Assembly: GCF_001194135.2 (NCBI RefSeq)
Contig: NC_068982.1
Location: 141,134,284-141,180,405 of the forward strand
Direction: 5' to 3'
Source: Octopus bimaculoides
Taxonomy: Eukaryota
Length of the DNA stretch: 46,122 nucleotides
Positions within the stretch are counted from its first letter, which is position 1, and the number at the start of each line of letters is the position of its first letter. Shown one piece after another: positions 1 through 11,175 of the stretch. The notes under the pieces are model-generated. The model was not told where the DNA came from. It worked only from the letters and a program-made list of their open reading frames with translations, and did no database searches. The position numbers and the translations under genes were made by a program.

Positions 1-290
1 ATATATATACGTGCATGTAGATTGTGTGAGAATGTATGTGTGTCAGTGCACATACATACGTACAATGTCCAACATCATACATGTTGGACCACTGAACTCA
101 ACACATTTTTTTCTTCTTCCCTCTATTTATTTCTTGTTATCCACTTCTGTCGAAGAACGTAGGCTCGAAAGGTAGAAGGCTTTTCCATTTATCGTGAGCA
201 TCAAACTAATACATTTGTTTCTTGTTTCTGCACCCGTCTTCATCTTTGTTTTTCTATAAATTTCAACTCTCTCTGTCCTTATATATATAG

Positions 291-467
291 GGAGTGGATG
301 TGTGGTAAATAGGCACAGGAGTGGCAGTCTGGTAAGTAGCTTGCTTACCATAACATGGTTCTGGGCAAGTCTCTTCTACCATTACCTCGAAAGCCTTGTG
401 AATGGATTTGGTAGACGGAAATTGATAGAAGCCCATCGTGTATGTATATATATATATATATATATAT
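291..467 (+). mobile_element. tRNA-derived SINE, family 3 (GGAGTGG..GTGGTAAGTAGCTTGCTTACC head), 5' half running into its internal (TA)n and a gap
   Basis: Homologous to copies at 29871, 43147, ~45880 and 42480-42843 (minus strand); shared blocks include ttgggcaagt..cttctac..gcctcg, aagccttgtgaatggatttggtagacggaa and gaagccc followed by (TA)n. Confidence 0.85.
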
Positions 468-892
468 NNNNNNNNNNNNNNNNNNNNNNNNNNNNNNNNN
501 NNNNNNNNNNNNNNNNNNNNNNNNNNNNNNNNNNNNNNNNNNNNNNNNNNNNNNNNNNNNNNNNNNNNNNNNNNNNNNNNNNNNNNNNNNNNNNNNNNNN
601 NNNNNNNNNNNNNNNNNNNNNNNNNNNNNNNNNNNNNNNNNNNNNNNNNNNNNNNNNNNNNNNNNNNNNNNNNNNNNNNNNNNNNNNNNNNNNNNNNNNN
701 NNNNNNNNNNNNNNNNNNNNNNNNNNNNNNNNNNNNNNNNNNNNNNNNNNNNNNNNNNNNNNNNNNNNNNNNNNNNNNNNNNNNNNNNNNNNNNNNNNNN
801 NNNNNNNNNNNNNNNNNNNNNNNNNNNNNNNNNNNNNNNNNNNNNNNTATATATATATATGTATGTATGTATTTATGTATGTATGTATGTAT

Positions 893-3016
893 GTTTCAGT
901 TGTTTTGGGAAGATGGGGCAGGAGGTCGATGTCATAACCGATGAAACTGGATATGTTGGTACATAATTGTTTGAAAACAATGTGAATGAAATTGCTTAGA
1001 CGGTCGCTAGGGCAAACTGGACCAGCTATAATAGGTCTAATATTTAAATCGTTTGGATGCAGTAATTTTACGTACTCACTTTTTGTTGTTTTACTGCATG
1101 CGGAATATCTTTTGATTTATGCATTTTCGGTAAGCCATAGAAGCTGCTAATTTTTGGCTCGATATTAGTGATGTAGTCAATTCCATTATCGGTAAGTGAG
1201 TTATGGTTTTTGAAACAAGGATGTTGATCTTCTTCATGGTGTGGTGGTCTATATTTGTAAGAATTTCACAATAGAAGATTGTGTCCTTCAGCCGGTCCTC
1301 AGTCAAATCCTTATAGTATTCTGCATCAGTAATAACAATTGCATCCTCTTTATCAGTTTGTTTAATTATTATTGGTTGATCGTTTTGTATACCTTTACGT
1401 GCATACATTTCGGATTTGTTAATGTTTGACCTAACATTAGTATTGCGTGTAAGGAGAGATTTAGACCGGATATCAATGTATTGCTCAAGATTGTGATTTC
1501 TTTCTCTTGGTGGGGTGAAATTTAATGTATTCTTTAGTAGGGATTCATCGATCTCATTACTATTATTAGTGAAGAATTCTGTAAGTCGTAACTTACGACA
1601 GGGTTTTTGGATAACTTGCTTTAGTTCTTGGTGCTTGACTATTGTCGTATGTTTAGATTTCAGTCCTTTAAACAGAAGTTGGATTTCGTCTTTGTCAAGA
1701 TCTCTTTTGGATAATTTGATTATTTTAGGATCTATATGTTCAGTTGCTTTGGGTGTTGTCCTGACGTTAAAAACTGGATTGTTCTCTGTTTTAGGAAAAT
1801 GGATTTTTCTCCATGTTCCTGTTGATATTTGCTTGATGGAGGTTGCGCTTTGGTTGTGGTATTTTACTTGGTATCGTTATGTTTTTCCTCCTGCTTTTGG
1901 TATTATGTATATTATTCTTCAATTTCTAGTCAGTATTCTATTTAACTATTTTGGGGAATTGACTTGGGGAACTATCTTGGGGAATTGACGAGATCTAGAA
2001 CGTTTTCTTTCCCCGAATTTCTTGTGGGTAGTCTCTATTGTGGTCTTGAAAACTATCTCCTGTTATTTCTACTCCTGCTCAAAGGAATATTATCTTGTGT
2101 TTTTTTTCATATTGCGTACGTTAGGATGTTTGCGTACAAAAAGGGAAGAGTTTTTACCGTAGTTTATCTTCAATTCATGGTGAAACGAGCGTTCAAGTTG
2201 CCACGTGTTCTGGCATATGTTGTGCTGGTACACTTTTAATTTTAGTTCTCTGAGTTCTATTGTCCTTACCGTAAGTGGTAGAATATTTGTCGAGAAATAA
2301 CAGATTCTGTTGCCATAACTATCTTGATCTGTTTTCTTCTTTTGACATATCTCTGATCCATAGTTGTCGCATTTTCCCGCTATATTATCTGTCGTTTGTT
2401 TTGATTTTTCGACTCAAATTTTACCATCGATAGCTTTGTATTTGCTCCGTAGCGGGATTGTTTACAAAGGATAATGAAGATATCGGTCCTGGATTTTCTC
2501 AAAGTAAGCTCCCATCGAAAATTTGTTTCCTCCTCTGGTTCTCTTATAATTTCTTTAAGTAAGTATTCCAAGGAAGTATGGGTGCCGCCGAAAAAATCCA
2601 TTTCGAATGTGTTTCGGCATATTTTTCACACTTATATGCCTTCAGGAAGCTTTGTTTTCTTATGTTAAAAAACGTTTTCCATGTTGCCACATCTTTTTCG
2701 ATGTGCTTCGTTTTTCAGACTTCTTTCGTTTATTTGTGACATACAAGTAGGTTGTTGTAGGTTTTCTCTTGTAGATTTTATAAATGTTGGTACAATTTTA
2801 GCTATATTCTTGATTTCAGAGTTTATACGTCTATTCATAAGTTTTCAGTCTGTAGATCGGTTTTCTATTTCTTTTAAAATAGTGGATTGCGTGTCGATCA
2901 TCATGATGAGTGTTGATAATTTCGATGAAATTTCCATTAGAATTCTTTCTGATAGCAGGAAAATACTAGCTAAGTCAAGAGAAAAGTCAGTAAAAATGAT
3001 CTTATTTTGTGTTTAA
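893..3016 (-). mobile_element. Penelope-like retroelement (PLE), decayed ORF: long N-terminal region plus the start of the reverse transcriptase; 3'-truncated at a microsatellite
   Basis: Minus-strand translation across frameshifts and stops gives IIKLSKRDLDKDEIQLLFKGL...RKLRLTEFF...FTPPR, then IIIKQTDKEDAIVITDAEYY (PADKG-like motif), SFYGLPKMHKSK (~1145-1110) and NDLNIRPIIAGPVCPSDRLSNF...DLLPHLP (~1060-905). This motif order is typical of GIY-YIG-type PLE RTs. Confidence 0.9.
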
Positions 3017-3555
3017 GGTTCAATCACCATAGCTACTTCTACCACCACCTCCAACAACGACAACAGCAACAACGGCACCCATAAAAAATGAGATCATAAT
3101 GATAATGATGATAATTGAAACGTAAAAATCCCTGGGAAGTGCTGTTTACAACATTTCTGAAAATAGCCCAACAATTACTGATTTGGCCAGGGTCAACATA
3201 CAGGTCTCTTGACATGTTCAACATACCGTGACGCCTAAATCAAACGCCAATTTAGTAAAGCCACGCACTGATTCGTCAGAATACAGATTGCAAAACTTAA
3301 CATTCTGGAGCCTGTACAAATGTATTTAAGACACACAGTTTAGCGATCGCACCACAGTTGTGCATTGTAAAACATGAACTTGAAGATTGCATAGTTTAAT
3401 GTATGAAAGTACTACTTGAATCAGAATGGACATTTAATATTCTATCATTTCATTATGTTATATTTTAATATTATAAGATTGTAAATAAAACGTGAAAACC
3501 AGAGGCGGTTGGAATTTCTTTGAGTAATATGGTCTTCTATACACAATCATACGAA

Positions 3556-3557
<2 letters not shown>

Positions 3558-3616
<59 letters not shown>

Positions 3617-3626
3617 TGTGTGTATG

Positions 3627-3667
<41 letters not shown>

Positions 3668-3690
3668 ATGTGTGTGTGTGCGTGTGTGTA
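3558..3690. repeat. Compound (TG)n/(TA)n microsatellite
   Basis: Directly visible. Confidence 0.97.
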
Positions 3691-4013
3691 TTTCTGTATA
3701 TATGTAGAGACAAATTGTATAGGTAGAGATAGATAGACGGTCAGTCAGACAGATGCGTATATACACGAACAAACACAAATAGAATCTCAAACAAAGTGGG
3801 CAACAATCATTGTTTCTAAGCGACGCTGATAATCTATCGCTGAAAAGAAACAGCTGCTTTGTTAAAATCAATTTTATATTATACATTATATCCATACAAA
3901 CAGAGATATATACATAGATATAGACGTACATTCATATACATACAAATGCATACACACATATATATATAACTATGTATAAATATATAATATAAATAAATAT
4001 ATATGAATATATA

Positions 4014-4058
<45 letters not shown>

Positions 4059-4232
4059 CTAAAATACATACCTATATATATATATATATAGGCTAAAATA
4101 CGTACCTATATATTCCTAAATACATGTTGATATCTGTAGGGTAAGATAACAGGGTGGGTCCGTTACTAGAAGATGTTGGTGTTGGGAAGGCAAAAGAAGG
4201 TTATATTGCCATATTGTTCAACACCGACACAT

Positions 4233-4263
<31 letters not shown>

Positions 4264-4832
4264 AAGGATATATGACCTACGTTGGACCCCTTATTCGCCT
4301 AATCACCGAACCTGGAGCTTAAATATGGTCTATCCATAGCACTTACTCAGCATTACCTGAAACCTCTGTGTCTAACTGACACCACCATCGCTCATAGCCT
4401 ATATTTATATTTATATATATATATATGTATATGTATATGTATATGTATATGAAGAATGTATGTATTAATTGTGTCTGTGTCTGTTGATGTGTGTGTATGT
4501 GAATGTGTATCTTCAAATGACACGTTTGAAATAATTGTGAAAGCACAAGTTTGATAATCTCAAGGAAAGTATGTCTCCTGAAAAAGTAAAAAAAGTCTAA
4601 ATTTGAAATTATCTACAAGACTTTGCCGGCGCAATTAGTGAGGAAATACGAACCATCTGTTATATGAAACGATGTAGTAGAGAACATCAATAAATTTCTG
4701 CAACTCATCTATTTTAAGTTAGAGGAACTTGCCTAGATAAATGTACAATATTCTCACTATGCAGAGACACAAACTTCTAAGTCAGCCAGTAATGAATTGA
4801 TATACAGAGTTAGACTTAAGATGAAAGATGAG

Positions 4833-4838
4833 TGTGTT

Positions 4839-4894
<56 letters not shown>

Positions 4895-4995
4895 CGTGTG
4901 TGTGTGTGTGCGTGTATGTGTGTGTGTGTGTGCGTGTTTAGTATGTATGTATATACGTGTGTATGTGTGTATATTTGTGTATGTATATGTATATA
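4833..4995. repeat. Compound (TA)n/(TG)n microsatellite
   Basis: Directly visible. Confidence 0.95.
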
Positions 4996-5328
4996 TGTTT
5001 CAATTTATATAGACATATACACCTAACTATATAAATAAATATAGATATAGAATTCGAAAAGAGGTTATGTTGGCGTCATGAAGGGATGGTATCATCCAGG
5101 AAAATACTGGTTGAATACCTAATATTTTAGCGGGAGGTTAACATCCATGAAATAGTAGGCTTATAATTATGTACATAGATATGTGTGCATATGTATATAC
5201 ATCTATCTCGTTATATTTTGAAGACTAGAGAGTGACTATATGGCCTCTTGCAAGATATAAATCAGTTAGTTGCAGCTAACATGATTATCTCCAAGGAAAG
5301 AAAAAATATTACTGTTGTCCCACTCGGC

Positions 5329-5336
5329 TCTCTCTC

Positions 5337-5388
<52 letters not shown>
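5329..5388. repeat. (CT)n microsatellite
   Basis: Directly visible; abuts the 5'-truncated LINE. Confidence 0.97.
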
Positions 5389-5389
<1 letters not shown>

Positions 5390-5392
<3 letters not shown>

Positions 5393-6205
5393 TACCACTA
5401 TTGTTCGTAGTGCTCCTCTAATATATGCTCTCATTCTTATGGCGAGCATCCCGCATAAGGTATGCAGCTGACATGAACATCTCACAGTTAATAGAAACCT
5501 CTATTTATTGTATGCACATTCAACAAGAATTAGATGCAGTATACAACATTGCTGATAGCAATAATATGCAGTTTAATGCTGGAAAGATCCAAGCCCTACT
5601 CTATCAGAATACAAAATTTAAATGCACTTTAGACAAAATACACTGGAGCTACAAGGACGACAGTTCCCGAATTACAATCAGGGCGTGAGCTGAGCATTAG
5701 CATTAGTCATATTTCCTTCCAAGTGCATATTACTAATTTGGCAAGGAAGTGCAGGCGGCTAACAGGATGAATTCAATGAGCTATCAGTACAAGAGAACAA
5801 GAATTCATGATGATCCTCTCCAAGACGTTTGTTCTACGCTGTCTCGGCTATTGCACCTAACAATGGTTGCCATACAGTGGGCAATTAATTGCTGAACTCG
5901 TCGCAGTCCAATGAAGTTACGTCAAGCTTTGGCGTCGAAGGTCATACAAACGCCAGGTCAGGGCAGCATTTCTTAGGGCTTCATATCCATCCCCTAGCGT
6001 CAAAATACTGCAATAGCCTGGGATTCAAAGGCCCACACCTTTTCAAAATTGGCCTCAAGGAGATGAGAGTTAGTGGGGATGTAGCCATCTTCCAAGCTAA
6101 ACTAGAGCTCGTCCGTCAAGCGTCCGAGTCGGAGTCAACTTCACGAAAAGAAATGGGAGGGGGGAAAGTAGCATCAAACGCCTTCATTCATAAATATCAG
6201 CTGTT
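5390..6205 (+). mobile_element. 5'-truncated CR1/L2-group (Jockey-superclade) LINE, C-terminal part of the RT, decayed
   Basis: Translation gives PLLFVVLL, RYAADMNI (YADD-like), QQELDAVYNIADSNNMQFNAGK, FQVHITNLARKCRRLTG*I...TREQEFMMILSKTFVLRCLGYC..WLPY...IAELVAVQ, and NSLGFKGPHLF. These match the conserved CR1/L2 RT and post-RT motifs. Confidence 0.85.
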
Positions 6206-6317
6206 AACTGAGCTCTAAGTAACAGGGAGATAAATATACCAAAACACAAACTCAACGTCGTACATATATACATACACCCAGAGATACATACACGCATACA
6301 TATATAAATGCATGCAT

Positions 6318-6353
6318 ACATGTGTGTGTGTGTGCGTGTGTGTGTGTGTGTAC

Positions 6354-6399
<46 letters not shown>

Positions 6400-6400
6400 G
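6318..6400. repeat. (TG)n-(AG)n compound microsatellite
   Basis: Directly visible. Confidence 0.95.
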
Positions 6401-6499
6401 CAATTTACACCAAACACTAAAATTTTTAAAAGAGTCGAGCTCAACAAAATTAGCATTTCCCGATCAGTAGTAATTGAAATAACATCGTAAGGAATACAT

Positions 6500-6712
6500 A
6501 TTTATTTTCTTATTGCCCACAAAGGGCTAAACATAGAGGGGACAGACAAAGGGATTAAGTCGATTACATCAACCCCAGTGTGTAACTAGTATTTATTTAA
6601 TCGACCACGAAAGGAAAAGTCGACCTCAACAGAATTTGAACTCAGAACCTAACCTCAGACGAAATACTGCTAAGCATTTCGACCGGTGTGCTAACGATTC
6701 TGCCAGCAAGCC
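6500..6712 (-). mobile_element. tRNA-derived SINE, family 1
   Basis: Homologous to 25122-25352 and 9025-9228 (gggattaagtcgattacatc..ccccagt, gaatttgaactcagaac B-box complement, gctaacgattctgccagc head). Confidence 0.88.
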
Positions 6713-7296
6713 GCACTCCACAATGTATATATGTTAGAAACGTAAGCAAACATGACAGTTCCTCAGTTGCAAAACAATGCCTTACAGCGCTTCCAAAGTG
6801 TAACAGTTCGCAGTCTTTAGCTTTGAAAATGGGTATCGTTGTTGATGTAAATATCAGAATAGAACGAACTGCTAAGTTAAAGAATTTCTATTGATACAAA
6901 TTATCCAACTTTACTTTTAAAATACAGCATATATATTGCAAAATGAAATATTGTCGTAACAGCTATCAGTGGCTGAAAAAAAGATCCCAAAAAACAAGCG
7001 GAACAAAACGTCCGAAATGTACATTCATCAGTCATCCATAACCCACACAATTTTAATATATTCAAAGCCATCAAATCACACGTGAGAATAACTAACAGTC
7101 GAACATAGTCTTTCAAAAATACAATACGAACAATATAGTTAGTAAAATTGGCAAAGATTCATATTAGTAATTGCTTCTAAAACGTCATAGAGACTTATCG
7201 TAACGACACATGCTGAGATGACGATGTACATAAGACAAATGTGTAAAAATGAATATATGATCAATAAGACAGAAATACGAATTCCTCTCTCAAATA

Positions 7297-7348
7297 TGTA
7301 TGTATGTATGTACGTATGCATGTATGTATGTATGTATGTATGTATCTG

Positions 7349-7435
<87 letters not shown>
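7297..7435. repeat. Compound microsatellite (ATGT)n-(ATCT)n-(CT)n-(AT)n
   Basis: Directly visible, ending at a gap. Confidence 0.97.
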
Positions 7436-8006
7436 NNNNNNNNNNNNNNNNNNNNNNNNNNNNNNNNNNNNNNNNNNNNNNNNNNNNNNNNNNNNNNNNN
7501 NNNNNNNNNNNNNNNNNNNNNNNNNNNNNNNNNNNNNNNNNNNNNNNNNNNNNNNNNNNNNNNNNNNNNNNNNNNNNNNNNNNNNNNNNNNNNNNNNNNN
7601 NNNNNNNNNNNNNNNNNNNNNNNNNNNNNNNNNNNNNNNNNNNNNNNNNNNNNNNNNNNNNNNNNNNNNNNNNNNNNNNNNNNNNNNNNNNNATATATAT
7701 ATGCATATGTATATATATACCGGATTATGCATTAATTCAGTACCTGAATGTAGGCGAGTTCACAGGCAATAAATTATGTTCGCTGTAGTCAGGCAGATTA
7801 TTTCAAGTAGCTGATCGTTTGGTAATTCACTACAATTATTGTTATACTTTGATTTTATACAATTTTTGATTCAAATGAAATTTTATAAAAGCAAAACAAA
7901 ACTATTTAGTTAGAAGTTCACCCCAATATTAATGCTGTGTAATTCAAATTTAATGTAAATTTGAAAAACTTTTTTTTCAAAATATCGTGTATTACTATCA
8001 GAATTA

Positions 8007-9435
8007 TTAGGTTGAGTCACAACTATTTTCGGATTTTCAACGATGATAATTGTCAAATTTTATCTCAATGTTATTTACACCAGCGATCCAATACAGGCTT
8101 TTCAATCGTTGCTGAACAGTTTTTTTCTCTTCTTTATTTTCATATATCGTAAAAGACATTATTTTTTTTTATTTTCGTATATAACATATAAATATTTATT
8201 ATTTCTTCTAAAAGCAACATTATATACTCATTAATTATTTATTTTTATTTTACAACTTTCAAATTTACTGGTTTAAAAAAATTGCAAAGGAAGCCATGTT
8301 ATGCCACCTGACGAGAGTAAAAAGACTGAGTGCAAGAGAAGGAATAATGTTGGAGGGCCAGGAATTATGAAGGAACATTGGCATAAATGTGGCATAAAAC
8401 TGGTTTAAAGATTTGAAGCAAGATGATTCAAACACCGAAGACAAACCAAGGTCGGGAAGAAGCAGTTTGAAATTCATGAGCAATAGCCAAGCCCTTCAAA
8501 ACCTATTTTGGTTCTTCACATGGCTTGGTCCTTCCTAAAGCACTATCAATGGACACTTACATAAGGTAGAAACATTTCTTATGAACTGACCAATGAAAAT
8601 TCTCGAGATTCCCGCTTTTCACGCCCAGTTGTAACTATAGATAACAAAAGGATCTATTCTCGTAATCCTTATAAAATATATCAGTGGGTCCGTTCCAGCC
8701 AGGCTTTAGAAAATGTCGACAAGGGTGGCTGGAACAGCAGAAAGTCATGCCGTCAATTGCCTTTTAGACGCAACAACTACAGCGAATGTGTGATGACTTG
8801 AAAACCCACCACCTAGCATTGATATAATACGCGCACTTCTACCGAATGACAATACCTCTGCAAACTTCCAATATAAGCAAGGGCAGCATTGAATAACATC
8901 AGGGGCCGGAAGTGTTACTTATCTCTACAGTGCAGAACCTGTACAATCAGATTATAACATTTCTCAAGTCATGGAATATTTGCTGCATAGGCAAATGTTG
9001 AATAATGTGGCTGGGATTAATAATTATTTCTGCTATAAGCATAAGGTCTGAAATTTGCGGGGAGAGGACTAGTCGATTAGATTGACCTCAGTGTTTCACT
9101 GGTACTTTATTTATCGACCACGAAAGGATAAAAGAACGTCGGCCTCGGTGGAATTTGAACTCAGAACGTAGCGATGTGCGAAATACCGGTAAGAATTTCA
9201 ACCAAACGATTCTGCCAGCTCGCCGCCTTGGCTGTGATTAATAATGGGTGCAGAGAGAATTTGCCTCTAAAACTACCAAATGTTACAAGCATGGAATTGA
9301 ACTGCTGGTGAAACGATGGCAACAGACAATAGAATATGGTGGGATATATTTTGAAGAATAAGAATGTTTCGCATTTAATTTGTTTGCACGAATAATTAAG
9401 GCTTAGAATACAAAACACCTTTTGACTGAATCTCA
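8007..9435 (+). mobile_element. Full-length Tc1/mariner (mariner-type) DNA transposon fossil, interrupted by a SINE
   Basis: Degenerate TIRs: TA|TTAGGTTGAGTCACAACTATTTTCGGATT at 8005 versus the reverse complement of the right end, TA|TGAGATTCAGTCAAAAGGTGTTTTGTATT (ending 9437). Transposase remnants: NWFKDLKQDDSNTEDKPRSGR (~8398-8460), YSAEPVQSDYNISQVMEYLL (YSPDLAPSDYHLF-like, ~8925-8985), FASKTTKCYKHGIELLVKRWQQTIEYGGIYFEE* (~9262-9362). About 1.2 kb once the SINE is removed. Confidence 0.88.
9025..9228 (-). mobile_element. tRNA-derived SINE, family 1 variant, nested in the mariner
   Basis: Homologous to the other family-1 copies; flanked by a 17-bp TSD, tggctg(g/t)gattaataat, at 9008-9024 and 9229-9245. 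Confidence 0.9.
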
Positions 9436-9764
9436 TATTTTCTTTTAACAATCACATAACCCTTTTAGTAACAGTCATGGTTCCCTTCAAATTATTTAGG
9501 TAGATATTCACTTATATTTGTTATGCCTATAGGTACCAGAATATATAAGATCTTATATACATGAACATTTTATGGTAGCTGTTAAATATTGAAGAACTCG
9601 TCGAAGTACTGAGTTAAAAAATAGAAATAAATCTAAAAATCCATTTCTGCTTTGTGTTTGATTGACAAATAAATGTTTGCACACGACTTTACGAATTTCA
9701 ACATTTTATGTTGACGATTGGCATACACACACACGCGCACAAACAAACACATACACACACACAA

Positions 9765-9804
<40 letters not shown>

Positions 9805-10189
9805 ACTTATATATGTTTCACGATACACAGTCAAACATAGAGACATATTTCTATACACACATACATACATACATACANNNNNNNNNNNNNNNNNNNNNNN
9901 NNNNNNNNNNNNNNNNNNNNNNNNNNNNNNNNNNNNNNNNNNNNNNNNNNNNNNNNNNNNNNNNNNNNNNNNTATATATATGAAGGGGATGTTTCTATGT
10001 GGCCTGCTTGTTTGTTGCACCCTGTTTATCATTTTGGCTTTGCTCTTTTGCCACGTCATATACCCAGTTATGTATCTATATGTACCTGTAGATGAACGTA
10101 TATATATACATGTACATATATATGCATATACTCATATATTGTTTGTATCACGACAGAACGCACGCGTTACCTTTATACAGTAAGTTTTA

Positions 10190-10599
10190 ACTATTTTTCT
10201 AACGCGACTCTCACTATTTCTATCTCCCCTTCTCATTCTTCCCTCTACTGTTTTTCGCCTCTACCTGTCACAACTTGTCTCTTTCTCTCTATCTCTTGTT
10301 ACTCGTATCTCCTTTTCCCCCTCGTGTTTCCTCTCTTTCTCTTTTCCTCTCGTTGCTCACCTATTCTTCTACTTCCTCCCTCTCTTTCTCCCTCTACCAC
10401 TCTCTCTCTTCCCTTTACACCGGCATGGTCACATGCTTCCGGTCAATAATCCTTTCCTTCCTTGGCTTTCGCCAAACAACGCACGCCACCACTTTGTCTC
10501 TCTCGGTTCCGTGCCTCATCGCGTTCATACACACATAATTTTTCTCGTCTGGCCGTAAAGCCTTTTCTGTTTGTTTTCCTGTCTTGTTTTTTGTCCGCC
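10190..10599. mobile_element. Pyrimidine-rich dispersed repeat, possibly related to the 28.3/36.1 kb family
   Basis: CT-rich tract followed by ccggcatggtcacatgcttccgg...cctttccttccttggc; similar architecture to 28310-28380 and 36160-36220, but the alignment by eye is weak. Confidence 0.35.
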
Positions 10600-10945
10600 N
10601 NNNNNNNNNNNNNNNNNNNNNNNNNNNNNNNNNNNNNNNNNNNNNNNNNNNNNNNNNNNNNNNNNNNNNNNNNNNNNNNNNNNNNNNNNNNNNNNNNNNN
10701 NNNNNNNNNNNNNNNNNNNNNNNNNNNNNNNNNNNNNNNNNNNNNNNNNNNNNNNNNNNNNNNNNNNNNNNNNNNNNNNNNNNNNNNNNNNNNNNNNNNN
10801 NNNNNNNNNNNNNNNNNNNNNNNNNNNNNNNNNNNNNNNNNNNNNNNNNNNNNNNNNNNNNNNNNNNNNNNNNNNNNNNNNNNNNNNNNNNNNNNNNNNN
10901 NNNNNNNNNNNNNNNNNNNNNNNNNNNNNNNNNNNNNNNNNNNNN

Positions 10946-10982
<37 letters not shown>

Positions 10983-11084
10983 AAAAGACCATTTCAATAC
11001 AATAAAAGTGGTGGATAGGAAAATGAATAGCCCCTCTCTCTCTCTTTTACCCTACTCATCGTCCTATCTTTCTGACTATCAATC

Positions 11085-11175
11085 AATCTATCTATCTATC
11101 TATCTATCTACCTATCTATCTATCTATCTATGTATGTCTGTCTGTCTGTCTGTCTGTCTATCCATCTATCTGCTT
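11085..11175. repeat. Compound (ATCT)n/(CTGT)n tetranucleotide repeat
   Basis: Directly visible. Confidence 0.93.

Noticed and set aside
1515-3016. + strand ORFs at 1515-1988, 1964-2239 and 2681-3016 with hydrophobic, membrane-protein-like composition
   Set aside because: They are antisense shadows of the A-rich minus-strand PLE ORF.
3255-3280. CTGACGA on the minus strand upstream of the PLE, as a hammerhead core
   Set aside because: No stem II followed by GAAA; CTGA pairs locally with TCAG instead.
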